From the NCBI GenBank assembly GCA_031554725.1, contig JAVBUZ010000058.1, positions 410 to 64,409 on the forward strand: a stretch of DNA of 64,000 nt, in the 5' to 3' direction. This stretch comes from Lachnospiraceae bacterium. Lineage in GTDB: Bacteria > Bacillota > Clostridia > Lachnospirales > Lachnospiraceae. Numbering within the stretch: position 1 is the stretch's first letter; the number at the start of each line of letters is the position of its first letter. The notes under the pieces are model-generated. The model made no database searches. It was not told the origin of the DNA and was given only the letters and a program-made list of their open reading frames with translations. The translations under genes were made by a program, and so were the position numbers. Shown piece by piece: positions 18,660 to 28,468 of the stretch.

Positions 18660-19478
18660 ATGCAGCCGATGTTTAGCATTATAGTTGTTTCTTTAAATCC
18701 AGGTGACAAGCTACTTGAAACGATAGCTAGTATAAAAATGCAGACCTACCAAAACTATGAAGTAATAGTTAAGGATGGTGGATCTAAGGATGGCTCTTTG
18801 ATAGAGCTAAAAAAGCAATTGGCGAATGAAAGCATAGATTTTGTAGAGAAGATTCATATTTTTGAAGAAGCAGATAAGAGCATCTATGAAGGAATGAATC
18901 AGGCAACCCAAAAAGCAAAGGGCCAATTTCTTCATTTTTTAAATTGCGGTGATCTGTTTTATGATGAGAAGGTGCTTGAAAATATAACCAAGGAAATGGA
19001 AAAAGAAGCAGAAAGTAAGCTGTACTACGGAGATATATTTAACTCCCTACAGAATACAAAAATATCATCCAATCCTAATATAAATGGCTTTGCATGTTAT
19101 CGCAACGTACCTTGCCATCAAGCATGCATATATAGTGCCCAGCTGTTTGAAGCTAGAGGCTATGAACCGAGGTATAAGGTTCGAGCAGATTATGAACATT
19201 TTTTGTGGAGCTACTATACTCAGGAAGCGAAACCAAAGTATATCCCTGTAATTATCGCGAAATATGAGGGTGGTGGATATTCGGAGACAAAAGAAAATAG
19301 AAAACGTTCCGCCATCGAGCATAAAGAAATTACAACAATGTATATGGGCAGGATTGATAGATTTAGATATAAGGCAGTTTTATTACTGACCTTGGCACCA
19401 CTTAGAACTAAAATGGCAGAAAGTCCGAGTATGTCTAAGATTTATAATGGATTAAAGAGGGCTTTGTATAGAAAATAG
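18660..19478 (+). CDS. Family 2 glycosyltransferase (WcaE-like)
   Basis: FSIIVVSLNPGDKL, VKDGGSKDGS and LNCGDLFYD. Confidence 0.8.
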   Translation: MQPMFSIIVVSLNPGDKLLETIASIKMQTYQNYEVIVKDGGSKDGSLIELKKQLANESIDFVEKIHIFEEADKSIYEGMNQATQKAKGQFLHFLNCGDLFYDEKVLENITKEMEKEAESKLYYGDIFNSLQNTKISSNPNINGFACYRNVPCHQACIYSAQLFEARGYEPRYKVRADYEHFLWSYYTQEAKPKYIPVIIAKYEGGGYSETKENRKRSAIEHKEITTMYMGRIDRFRYKAVLLLTLAPLRTKMAESPSMSKIYNGLKRALYRK

Positions 19479-19493
19479 CGTAAGAACAAGAGG

Positions 19494-20624
19494 ATGAAAA
19501 TGGCGGTTTATATTTCCTTGACTTTGCTTGTGATTGGACTAGCATTTTTTGCTAATAATTATGAGTATGTAAAACTGCATATAGAACCTAGAAGCAGGCA
19601 AAATAGGTTGCCCAAACAGTTTCAGCGGCAGCAGGCAATCAACCTTCTAATTGCGGTTGCTATTTTTGTGTTACTTGCATCTGTTTCAGCATGCCGTATA
19701 GCAGTGGGCAATGATTATTGGGGATATAGGGACCAGTTTATTCTTATTATGCAGGGACGCTACGTTTCTTTTGAATGGGGTTTTAATTTGGTGGTTTGGC
19801 TAATTCAATCTCTTTTTGGATATGACAACTATCTTCCTGTGTTTGCGGTTTTTTCCATAGCAACTAGCTATTTTTTTGTGAAAGCAATCTATGATCAAGC
19901 TGAGTGGTTTTTAGCTACGGTTTTTTTACTAATGACCAGCGGATATTATTTTTCTAGCTTGAATTCTGTCAGATATTATTTTGTTCTTTCTATTGCGCTT
20001 TATGCCATGAAGTATGTATTAAGGAAAGAATATGGAAAGTTTATTCTTTGGATAGCTTTTGCCGCCTGTTTCCATAAGTCCATCATAGTGGTGATACCAT
20101 TTTATATTGGTGCAAGATGGCTTGCGGAAAGGAAAATTCCTAAGTTTCTTTATATAGCTGGCGCGGGATTAGTGGCAAGCTTACTTATATTTCAGAACGT
20201 ATACAGAGAAATTATCTTTTTCTTTTACCCGTATTACAGAGATTCAGCTTTTGACACTGGCGACATATCGATTACTAATATCGCAAAATGTCTAGGTACG
20301 CTAGTGCTAGTGCTTATATATTATAAGAGTGCGGTTAAAGAAAATATTCAAAATAGATTTTATTTCTTCCTAAATATTGGAGGATTAGTCATATATACCT
20401 TTGGTTCTTTTATACCTGAAATTTCACGTATAGGGTACTACTTTATTATTTCACAGATATTTCTAATACCAGGAGTGCTAATTACGATTACAAATAAGAA
20501 GTGGAAGACCTTTTTTACCCTAGGCGTGGCAGTTGCTTTTATAGGGTATTTTGGCTTGTTTTTGCGCGCTGCTACAGATGTGAGCGTAAGACTACTGCCT
20601 TATTTAAACTGGATTTTTAACTAA
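19494..20624 (+). CDS. EpsG-family polysaccharide polymerase (Wzy-like)
   Basis: About 11 TM helices. It has the GNDYWGYRDQF motif after TM2 that is typical of EpsG-type polymerases. Confidence 0.7.
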   Translation: MKMAVYISLTLLVIGLAFFANNYEYVKLHIEPRSRQNRLPKQFQRQQAINLLIAVAIFVLLASVSACRIAVGNDYWGYRDQFILIMQGRYVSFEWGFNLVVWLIQSLFGYDNYLPVFAVFSIATSYFFVKAIYDQAEWFLATVFLLMTSGYYFSSLNSVRYYFVLSIALYAMKYVLRKEYGKFILWIAFAACFHKSIIVVIPFYIGARWLAERKIPKFLYIAGAGLVASLLIFQNVYREIIFFFYPYYRDSAFDTGDISITNIAKCLGTLVLVLIYYKSAVKENIQNRFYFFLNIGGLVIYTFGSFIPEISRIGYYFIISQIFLIPGVLITITNKKWKTFFTLGVAVAFIGYFGLFLRAATDVSVRLLPYLNWIFN

Positions 20625-20657
20625 CTATTTTATACAAGAAAGTAAAAGGATAAAAAT

Positions 20658-21257
20658 ATGTATAACGCTTTCAAAAGAATTATGGATTTTGTATTAAGTC
20701 TAGTGGCACTGATATGTTTGTCACCCATTTTTTTGGTGCTAATTTTAGCGATAAAGTTGGATAGCAGGGGCCCTATTTTTTTTAAACAAAAAAGAATCGG
20801 TATTAGAAAAAGTCACTTTTTTATCCTAAAGTTTAGAACCATGAAAACAGATACACCTAAAGATATGCCGACCCATTTATTAAAAGACCCACAGCAGTAT
20901 ATTACTAGGGTTGGAAGGTTTTTGCGTAAAACAAGCTTAGATGAATTGCCGCAAATTATCAATATTTTGAAAGGTGAAATGTCTATTGTTGGACCCAGAC
21001 CAGCTCTTTGGAATCAATATGATTTAATCGAAGAAAGAGATAAATATGGTGCCAATGATATTAAGCCAGGTCTTACCGGATGGGCGCAGGTAAATGGAAG
21101 AGATGAACTAGAAATTCCAGTGAAGGCGGCATTAGATGGTGAGTATGTAAAAAAGATGGGATTTATTATGGATTGCTGTTGCATCGTAAAAACAGTCGCA
21201 CAAGTATTTACACATGAAGGTGTTGTTGAAGGTGGAACGGGAAATCTAAAGAAATAA
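20658..21257 (+). CDS. Small monotopic phosphoglycosyltransferase (PglC/EpsL-type)
   Basis: 199 aa. FKRIMDFVLSLVALICLSPIFLV, RGPIFFKQKR, ILKFRTM, LDELPQIINILKGEMSIVGPRP. Confidence 0.85.
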   Translation: MYNAFKRIMDFVLSLVALICLSPIFLVLILAIKLDSRGPIFFKQKRIGIRKSHFFILKFRTMKTDTPKDMPTHLLKDPQQYITRVGRFLRKTSLDELPQIINILKGEMSIVGPRPALWNQYDLIEERDKYGANDIKPGLTGWAQVNGRDELEIPVKAALDGEYVKKMGFIMDCCCIVKTVAQVFTHEGVVEGGTGNLKK

Positions 21258-21272
21258 GGAATAGGTTACTCT

Positions 21273-22604
21273 ATGAAAGTATTGTGGGTATGTAATGTTA
21301 TGCTTCCAGTGGTGGCAGAGCATTTAAACAAAGAGGTAAGTAATAAAGAGGGATGGCTTGTGGGACTATCTACAACTATCTTGGAAAGAGGAAGGGACAA
21401 CAAGGTTGAGCTTGCTGTTGCATTTCCTGTGGAAAAAACGCTTGAAAATTATAAGGAAATAATTAGCATACCGGAAATGGATGCTACTCTTTGTTGCTAT
21501 GGTTTTTATGAAAATACGGACAATCCAGAAAACTATGATGTAAGTATTGAAGAAAGAATGGAAACAATTTTAGCGGATTATAACCCCGATGTAGTACACT
21601 GTTTTGGAACAGAATATCCACATGCCTTAGCTTTAAGCAGGGTGTGTGACACAAATAAATTGCTGCTGGGAATACAAGGTCTTTGCAAGGTATGTGCAGA
21701 TACATATTATGCCGACTTACCTGAAAGAGTAATTAATAGAGTTACCTTTCGTGATTATTTGAAAAAAGATAGTATCAAGAATCAAAAGGAAAAATTTGCG
21801 GCTAGGGGAAAAATGGAGGAAGAGGCCATTCGCAATGCGAAACATGTGACTGGTCGGACAGAATTTGACAGCCATTATACAAAGCTTTGGAACCCGAGTG
21901 TTACGTATCATTTTATGAATGAAACCTTACGTAAGAATTTTTATGAAGGCGCATGGTGTCCTGAAGGGTGCGAACTACACAGCATTTTTTTTAGCCAAGG
22001 AGATTATCCTTTGAAGGGGTTACATTATGTTCTTCGTGCATTGCCAGAGATCTGCCAGAGCTATCCAGATACAAAATTGTATGTTGCAGGTAATTCAATA
22101 GTTAGTAGGGAGAGCTTGAAAGACAAAATTAAAATCTCTTCTTACGGTAAGTATTTATTGGAGCTTATTAAAAAGAATAACCTAAGTGACAAGGTGGTAT
22201 TTTTAGGGAAACTATCAGCATTTGAAATGAAAGCAGCTTTTTTGAAAAGTCATTTGTTTTTATCAGCCTCTACTTTGGAAAACTCGCCCAATTCATTAGG
22301 CGAAGCTATGCTTTTAGGGGTTCCCTGTGTTTCTTCAAAGGTAGGAGGGGTACCTTCTGTTTTTGCTGAGGGCGAGGATGGAATTCTTTATCCAGGGTAT
22401 GGAAGTGAGCTTTATAATCAGGAAAACGACAAGGAAAAGGCTCAAGCCCATAGCTTAGCAAGTGCAGTAATTAAAATGTGGTCCAAGGAAGAAGAACTGT
22501 TAAGCTTTTCAGCGTCTGCTAGAGCGCATGCTAAGGAAACACATAATCAAGAAAAGAACTATCAAAGGTTGATCGAGATTTATCATATCATAGCGGAAGC
22601 ATAA
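21273..22604 (+). CDS. GT4-type (GT-B) glycosyltransferase
   Basis: The C-terminus carries ENSPNSLGEAMLLGVPCVSSKVGGVPSV (an E-x7-E type motif). Confidence 0.8.
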   Translation: MKVLWVCNVMLPVVAEHLNKEVSNKEGWLVGLSTTILERGRDNKVELAVAFPVEKTLENYKEIISIPEMDATLCCYGFYENTDNPENYDVSIEERMETILADYNPDVVHCFGTEYPHALALSRVCDTNKLLLGIQGLCKVCADTYYADLPERVINRVTFRDYLKKDSIKNQKEKFAARGKMEEEAIRNAKHVTGRTEFDSHYTKLWNPSVTYHFMNETLRKNFYEGAWCPEGCELHSIFFSQGDYPLKGLHYVLRALPEICQSYPDTKLYVAGNSIVSRESLKDKIKISSYGKYLLELIKKNNLSDKVVFLGKLSAFEMKAAFLKSHLFLSASTLENSPNSLGEAMLLGVPCVSSKVGGVPSVFAEGEDGILYPGYGSELYNQENDKEKAQAHSLASAVIKMWSKEEELLSFSASARAHAKETHNQEKNYQRLIEIYHIIAEA

Positions 22605-22623
22605 GGAGCATGAGTATAAATAT

Positions 22624-23793
22624 ATGAAAGTAGCTTTTGTGTCAAATTATATCAATCACCATCAAATTCCATTTTGTAATGCAATGATAAAGCGTTTAGG
22701 AAATGACTTTACCTTTGTGCAAACGGAGCCGATGGAAAAAGAACGTGTTCAAATGGGATGGAATCCTATGGCGCAAGAGCAGAACTTTGTAAAGTGCTCC
22801 TATGAGTCGCCAGAAGAATGTAGTCAATTAATATTAGATAGTGACGTGGTAATTTGGGGTGGCGTAGAAGACGAAACTATGCTATGGCCAAGACTATTAC
22901 AAGGAAAAGTAGTATTTCGCTACTCGGAAAGACTATATAAGACAGGTCAATGGAAAGCTATTTCACCAAGGGGGCTCATAAAAAAATATAAGGATCATAC
23001 TAGTTTTCGAAAAGCACCAGTATATTTGCTTTGTGCAGGTGCCTATGTTCCTTCGGACTTTCATATCGTTCGTTCTTATCCACATAAAATGCTAAAATGG
23101 GGATATTTCCCAGAAACAAAGCAATACGATGTGGAAAAGCTTATGAAAAATAAAAAGAGCAAAAACACGAAGGTAGAAATTTTGTGGGCGGCGCGTTTCT
23201 TGGATTGGAAGCATCCAGAGGCGGTGGTGGCTTTGGTGCAAAAGCTTCGTGAAAGCCATGATAATTTTCACGTTACCATGATTGGTGGCGGTGAGATGGA
23301 AACTAGTATAAAAAGCATGATAAGGGAAAAGGGATTAGAAGAGCTTATTACTCTAGCCGGTTTTTTAACTCCAGAGCAGGTAAGAGTTGCAATGGAGGGA
23401 GCAGATATATTTTTGCAAACCAGTGATAGATATGAAGGCTGGGGAGCGGTACTTAATGAGGCTATGAATAGTGGCTGTGCAGTTGTGTCGAGTCATATGA
23501 TTGGTGCGGCAAGATATTTAATTGAGCAGGGCAAAAACGGATGTATGTATCACGATGGAGACCTAGAGGAACTGTATATGTATGTATCAGAGCTACTAGG
23601 TCATAATGAATTAAGAGAAGACTTTGGGAAAAAAGCTTATAAAACGATTAATGAAGTGTGGAACGCGGAAACAGCAGCAGATAGGCTATTTACGGTTTTG
23701 GAGGATGTGCTGTGTGGAAGAGGGCTACTTGACCGATGGGAAAATGGTCCTTGTAGTAAGGCAAGAGTTATTAAAGAGAGAGAACAAATTTAA
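22624..23793 (+). CDS. GT4-type (GT-B) glycosyltransferase
   Basis: EGWGAVLNEAMNSGCAVVSS. Confidence 0.75.
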   Translation: MKVAFVSNYINHHQIPFCNAMIKRLGNDFTFVQTEPMEKERVQMGWNPMAQEQNFVKCSYESPEECSQLILDSDVVIWGGVEDETMLWPRLLQGKVVFRYSERLYKTGQWKAISPRGLIKKYKDHTSFRKAPVYLLCAGAYVPSDFHIVRSYPHKMLKWGYFPETKQYDVEKLMKNKKSKNTKVEILWAARFLDWKHPEAVVALVQKLRESHDNFHVTMIGGGEMETSIKSMIREKGLEELITLAGFLTPEQVRVAMEGADIFLQTSDRYEGWGAVLNEAMNSGCAVVSSHMIGAARYLIEQGKNGCMYHDGDLEELYMYVSELLGHNELREDFGKKAYKTINEVWNAETAADRLFTVLEDVLCGRGLLDRWENGPCSKARVIKEREQI

Positions 23794-23810
23794 GCTTATA
23801 GGAGTAATGA

Positions 23811-24803
23811 TTGATGATAAAGGAACCACTTGTTAGTGTGATTATACCTATATATAATATTTTAGAATACCTACCTAGATGCGTCGAGTCGGTTTGCAAA
23901 CAGGGGTATCGTAATTTGGAAATCATACTTGTGGATGATGGTTCAAATGACGGAACGGAAAAACTATGTGATCAATTGGCACAGAAGGATTCGCGCATAA
24001 AGGTGATTCATAAAGAAAACGGTGGTTCTTCTTCTGCTAGAAACTGTGGTTTGAAAGAAGCGACAGGTGAGTATGTTGGCTTTGTTGATAGTGATGATTA
24101 TATAGAACCAACAATGTATGAGCTTTTGGTGAAAGCAATCTTGGAGAAGGAGTGTAAAATAGCACAGGTCGGACGAGATGAAATAGATGCATCCGGCAAT
24201 AAGCTCCCCAATATTTGCGAACCACCGACCCAAGAACAATGGATATCCGCTAGAGATTTTTTGGAAGAGCTACTTTTGCATAAAGGTGATGCTTCCTTTT
24301 GTACGAAGCTCTTAAAACGAGAATTGTTTGAAGAAAAAGGCTTTCCAGAAGGGGAGCTAAATGAAGATTTTAGACTTTTAGTATCGTTACTACTGGAAGT
24401 GGATGGAATAATATCTATTCCGAAGCAGAGCTATCATGTGTTTTATAGAATTGGAAGTAACACTAGGAAAAAGGAAAAGGATTCTTTTTCTAGAGTTTAT
24501 TTTGACTGTGTAAAAAACGCGGATAGAGTAGAAGAAATTGTGAAAGAACGGTATTTGGATTTGGTGCCAGTGGCATTTCGATTTGGCGTATTTCAAAGAA
24601 TTGAATATTTACTTCATATTCCTATTTCAATGATGGTAAAAGAAAATACGGAATATATGGAGGTTTGTGCAGGTGCTCGAAAAAGATGGGGGAAGGCGTG
24701 GAAAAATCCAATATTAACGACAAAGAATAAGGTCTATCTAACGTTATTTGCAATTGCGCCGAAACAAGTTAGAAAGATACATAAAAGAATAAAAGGTTTA
24801 TAA
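23811..24803 (+). CDS. Family 2 glycosyltransferase
   Basis: VSVIIPIYNILEYL, VDDGSNDGT and FVDSDDYIE. Confidence 0.85.
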   Translation: MMIKEPLVSVIIPIYNILEYLPRCVESVCKQGYRNLEIILVDDGSNDGTEKLCDQLAQKDSRIKVIHKENGGSSSARNCGLKEATGEYVGFVDSDDYIEPTMYELLVKAILEKECKIAQVGRDEIDASGNKLPNICEPPTQEQWISARDFLEELLLHKGDASFCTKLLKRELFEEKGFPEGELNEDFRLLVSLLLEVDGIISIPKQSYHVFYRIGSNTRKKEKDSFSRVYFDCVKNADRVEEIVKERYLDLVPVAFRFGVFQRIEYLLHIPISMMVKENTEYMEVCAGARKRWGKAWKNPILTTKNKVYLTLFAIAPKQVRKIHKRIKGL

Positions 24804-24826
24804 AAGTGTAAAGGGATGAAATTAAT

Positions 24827-25708
24827 ATGAAAAAGATCTTAATTGCGGGGCAAAATAGTTATATCGGAAATAGTTTTGAACAGTATATTCAAAATAATTT
24901 TTCAAAGGAAGAGTATACAATAGAAAAAATATCATTAAGAGGCAGTGAGTGGCGAAATATCACTTGGATGGGATATGATGCCATTCTTTATGTTACAGGA
25001 ATTGCCCATGCAGATACGAAAAAAGCGTCAGATGAAATAAGAAAACAGTATTATGAGATAAATACAGACTTAACAATTGAGGTAGCAGAAAAGGCAAAAC
25101 AAGACGGGGTTACCCAGTTTGTTTTTCTAAGCAGTATGATTGTTTTTGGTGAGAATTCATCTATGGGAGATGGTGGGAAGATTTCAAAAGATACAAGCCC
25201 AAACCCAAGTGGCTTTTATGGTGATAGCAAGCTACAAGCAGAAAAGAAGCTAATGGAGCTAGAGTCAAAGGAGTTTTTGGTTTCTATTGTTAGACCTCCG
25301 ATGGTATATGGCAAGGGGTCAAAAGGAAATTATCCAAGACTGGCAAAGCTAGCCAAAAAGACCTTTGTTTTTCCTAATATAGAAAATAAACGAAGCATGA
25401 TATATATTGAAAATTTATGTGAGTTTTTAAGACTCATAGTTGAAAAAAGAGCGGTGGGATATTTTCACCCTCAAAACCAAAGGACCGTATCAACCACTGA
25501 ATTAGTAAAAGTAGTTGCTAAAACAGTAGACAAAGAGATTTGGTATCCATCCCTATTTAACCCAATACTTAAAATGCTTGGAAAGAAAATAGGAGTAGTG
25601 CAAAAGGTGTTTGGAAGCTTTTATTATGATTCTGCACTTTCTGAATACGCGGAGTGGAACTATCAGTTATATAGCTTTATAGAATCAATTTTTAAGACGG
25701 AAAAATGA
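24827..25708 (+). CDS. NAD-dependent sugar epimerase/reductase (extended SDR)
   Basis: N-terminal Rossmann segment KILIAGQNSYIGNSF and the catalytic YxxxK in FYGDSKLQAE. Confidence 0.7.
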   Translation: MKKILIAGQNSYIGNSFEQYIQNNFSKEEYTIEKISLRGSEWRNITWMGYDAILYVTGIAHADTKKASDEIRKQYYEINTDLTIEVAEKAKQDGVTQFVFLSSMIVFGENSSMGDGGKISKDTSPNPSGFYGDSKLQAEKKLMELESKEFLVSIVRPPMVYGKGSKGNYPRLAKLAKKTFVFPNIENKRSMIYIENLCEFLRLIVEKRAVGYFHPQNQRTVSTTELVKVVAKTVDKEIWYPSLFNPILKMLGKKIGVVQKVFGSFYYDSALSEYAEWNYQLYSFIESIFKTEK

Positions 25709-25727
25709 TTTGACAAGGTGAGGAAAA

Positions 25728-26471
25728 GTGCAAATGAAAATATCAATTATAACAATTGCGTATAATAGTGAAAAGGAAATCGAACGGACGATACAATCAG
25801 TATTGAATCAAACCTATACCAATTTGGAATATATTATTATTGATGGAGCTTCCAAGGATAAAACGGTAGAGATAGCAGAAAGCTATCGAGAAAAACTCGA
25901 AAATCAAGGGGTTACCTTTCGGGTTTATAGTGAGCCGGACAAAGGAATCTATGATGCAATGAATAAAGGCATTCGTAAAGCAACCGGAGAAGTAATAGGA
26001 CTACTAAATAGTGGTGATTGGTATGAGGTGGATACAGCGGAAGCGGTGGCGGACGCTTTTGGTGATAGTACAGTGGATTTAATATATGCAAATATTAGAA
26101 TGCATAAGACAAATGGAAGTAGCTTTGTTAAAAAATCAAAGCAGGCAAAGATTGAAACCTCAAGAAATTGGAATCATCCGACCATGTTTGTAAGGGCAAA
26201 TATTTATAAAGAAAATCCCTTTAGGTGTGAAGGAATTCATGATGATTATGGTTGTTTTTTACAAATGAAGAAAAAAGGGGTAACAATTAAGATTGTTGAT
26301 AAGGTTTTAGCAAATTTTGAGATGGGTGGAGTAAGCAATCAAAAGGGACTAAAATCCGCAGTAAGCAGAATTAGGGATAGATATATCTGGTGTTATCGTA
26401 TAAATGGGTACAGCAGATGGTACATGGTAGAATGTGTTGCTATCGAAGTTGTGAAAATGATTTTAGGATGA
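25728..26471 (+). CDS. Family 2 glycosyltransferase (WcaE-like)
   Basis: ISIITIAYNSEKEI, IDGASKDKT and LNSGDWYE. Confidence 0.8.
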   Translation: MQMKISIITIAYNSEKEIERTIQSVLNQTYTNLEYIIIDGASKDKTVEIAESYREKLENQGVTFRVYSEPDKGIYDAMNKGIRKATGEVIGLLNSGDWYEVDTAEAVADAFGDSTVDLIYANIRMHKTNGSSFVKKSKQAKIETSRNWNHPTMFVRANIYKENPFRCEGIHDDYGCFLQMKKKGVTIKIVDKVLANFEMGGVSNQKGLKSAVSRIRDRYIWCYRINGYSRWYMVECVAIEVVKMILG

Positions 26472-26510
26472 TTTTGCATAGTCAAGGAACCGCGAGTGGT
26501 CTGTTTTTTA

Positions 26511-26537
26511 TTGTGCTTTTTAATAGAATGTTATATT
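26511..26537 (+). promoter_or_regulatory. Possible promoter upstream of the CapD-like gene
   Basis: TTGTGC (26511-26516), then TGTTATATT (26529-26537). The spacer is only 15 nt, so this is weak. Confidence 0.3.
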
Positions 26538-26575
26538 ATTACTAAGGTAAAGTGTAACAGGAGGAGTGAAATAAT

Positions 26576-28444
26576 ATGATGCATAAGGAAGTGGGTTTAA
26601 AGATTCCCCTTAACAGAATTTTGGCATTGCTCATTTTAGATATTATCTCAGTAGTATTGGCGGTATACATTTCCATACTACTTCGTTTTGATATGAGTAT
26701 AGCGGGCACGCCAACTAGGTATCTGGAGATGGCGACAATGCTTCTTATTCCTAATATTGCGGTGGCACTTATGTTTTTTACCATTTGGAGATTATATAAA
26801 AGTGTGTGGCAATATGCTAGCGCAAATGAGATGATAAATATCGCAGGAGCAATTTTGAGTTGTAGCGTTGCTCAAATAATTATAAGTATAATAATGGGCT
26901 ATAGAATGCCTAAAAGTTATTATGCTTTTTATGCATTTGTTTTGTTTGTAGAAATCTGTATTATTCGGTTTAGCTATAGAATTTTGCGATTAGTAAATGT
27001 CAAAAGAACAAATTGGTTAGATTCTGATAAAAAAATACGAACCATGATAATTGGTGCAGGTGCAGCGGGAAATACGATTATCAAAGAGATTGAGTCTAGT
27101 GCATATGTAAACATGAAGGTGGTTTGCGTAATTGATGATGATCCTCAATGCCATGGAAGATGGCTTCGTGGCGTGCAGGTTGTGGGAGACCGCACAAAGA
27201 TTTTTGAGGCAGTAGAAAAATATGGTGTGGATGAAATTGTAATAGCGATACCTACCGCACCAAAATCAGAGATAAGTAAAATTATTGAAATCTGTAAAGA
27301 GACAGGGTGCAAGCTACGAACCTTACCAGGAGTGTTCCAGCTTATTAATGGAGAGGTGTCTATTTCTAAACTACGGGAGGTTCAAATAGAAGACTTACTA
27401 GGAAGAGAACCTATTCAGGTAAATACAGAAGAAATTTTTGAGTATGTAAAAAATAAGGTGGTTATGGTTACCGGTGGTGGCGGTTCCATAGGAAGTGAAC
27501 TATGTAGACAGATTGCCGAGCATAAACCGAAACAATTAATCATCATCGATATTTACGAAAATAGTGTTTATGATATACAGCAGGAATTAGTTCGAAAATA
27601 TCCGAAGCTAAATTTAAAGGTGCTTATTGCATCAGTGAGAAACACCAACCGGATGGAACAAATCTTTTCTGCCTATAGACCCAATATTGTTTATCATGCC
27701 GCTGCTCATAAGCATGTTCCTCTGATGGAGGATAGTCCAGGAGAAGCAATAAAGAACAATGTTTTTGGAACATATAAAACAGCCATGGCAGCAGATAAAT
27801 TTGGTGTCCAAAAATTTGTGCTTATTTCTACAGATAAAGCTGTGAATCCTACCAATATTATGGGAGCATCTAAGCGTATTTGTGAAATGGTTATTCAGAT
27901 GTTAAATAACAGATCTGCGACAAATTTTGTTGCTGTAAGGTTTGGTAATGTGCTTGGAAGTAACGGAAGTGTTATTCCTTTGTTTAAAAAGCAAATTGCA
28001 GAGGGGGGGCCAGTAACAGTTACGGACCCAGAAATCATTCGATATTTTATGACCATACCAGAAGCAGTGTCACTGGTGCTACAAGCGGGTGCATATGCGG
28101 CAGGAGGAGAAATCTTTGTACTAAATATGGGAGAACCTGTAAAGATACTTGATCTTGCAAAGACCTTAATTAAGTTGTCAGGATACCGTGTGGGTGAAGA
28201 TATTGAAATTAAATTTACGGGTCTTAGACCAGGGGAAAAAATGTACGAAGAGCTTCTAATGGACGAAGAAGGTCTTAAAAAGACCTTGAATAAGATGATA
28301 TATGTAGGAAGCCCAATTGAGTTTGATGAAGAAGAATTTAGTAAGCAGTTAGACAAGCTTAAAGAAGTAACAGATGGTGAACCCGAAATGATTAAAACGT
28401 ATGTGAAAGAAATTGTTTCAAGTTATCATTTTGAAGATAAATAA
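26576..28444 (+). CDS. Membrane-anchored nucleotide-sugar 4,6-dehydratase (CapD/PglF/EpsC family)
   Basis: Four N-terminal TM helices and two Rossmann segments (IIGAGAAGNT, VTGGGGSIGSEL), plus YHAAAHKHVPLME and FVAVRFGNVLGSNGSVIPLF. Confidence 0.85.
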   Translation: MMHKEVGLKIPLNRILALLILDIISVVLAVYISILLRFDMSIAGTPTRYLEMATMLLIPNIAVALMFFTIWRLYKSVWQYASANEMINIAGAILSCSVAQIIISIIMGYRMPKSYYAFYAFVLFVEICIIRFSYRILRLVNVKRTNWLDSDKKIRTMIIGAGAAGNTIIKEIESSAYVNMKVVCVIDDDPQCHGRWLRGVQVVGDRTKIFEAVEKYGVDEIVIAIPTAPKSEISKIIEICKETGCKLRTLPGVFQLINGEVSISKLREVQIEDLLGREPIQVNTEEIFEYVKNKVVMVTGGGGSIGSELCRQIAEHKPKQLIIIDIYENSVYDIQQELVRKYPKLNLKVLIASVRNTNRMEQIFSAYRPNIVYHAAAHKHVPLMEDSPGEAIKNNVFGTYKTAMAADKFGVQKFVLISTDKAVNPTNIMGASKRICEMVIQMLNNRSATNFVAVRFGNVLGSNGSVIPLFKKQIAEGGPVTVTDPEIIRYFMTIPEAVSLVLQAGAYAAGGEIFVLNMGEPVKILDLAKTLIKLSGYRVGEDIEIKFTGLRPGEKMYEELLMDEEGLKKTLNKMIYVGSPIEFDEEEFSKQLDKLKEVTDGEPEMIKTYVKEIVSSYHFEDK

Positions 28445-28468
28445 AAGATAGTGGAGGATAAGGTTAAA

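Noticed and set aside
26472-26510. A possible terminator lies after the GT2 gene at 25728-26471, where a T6 run sits at 26504-26509.
   Set aside because: I could not find a convincing stem upstream of the T-run; at most 3-4 bp pair. I therefore did not call it.
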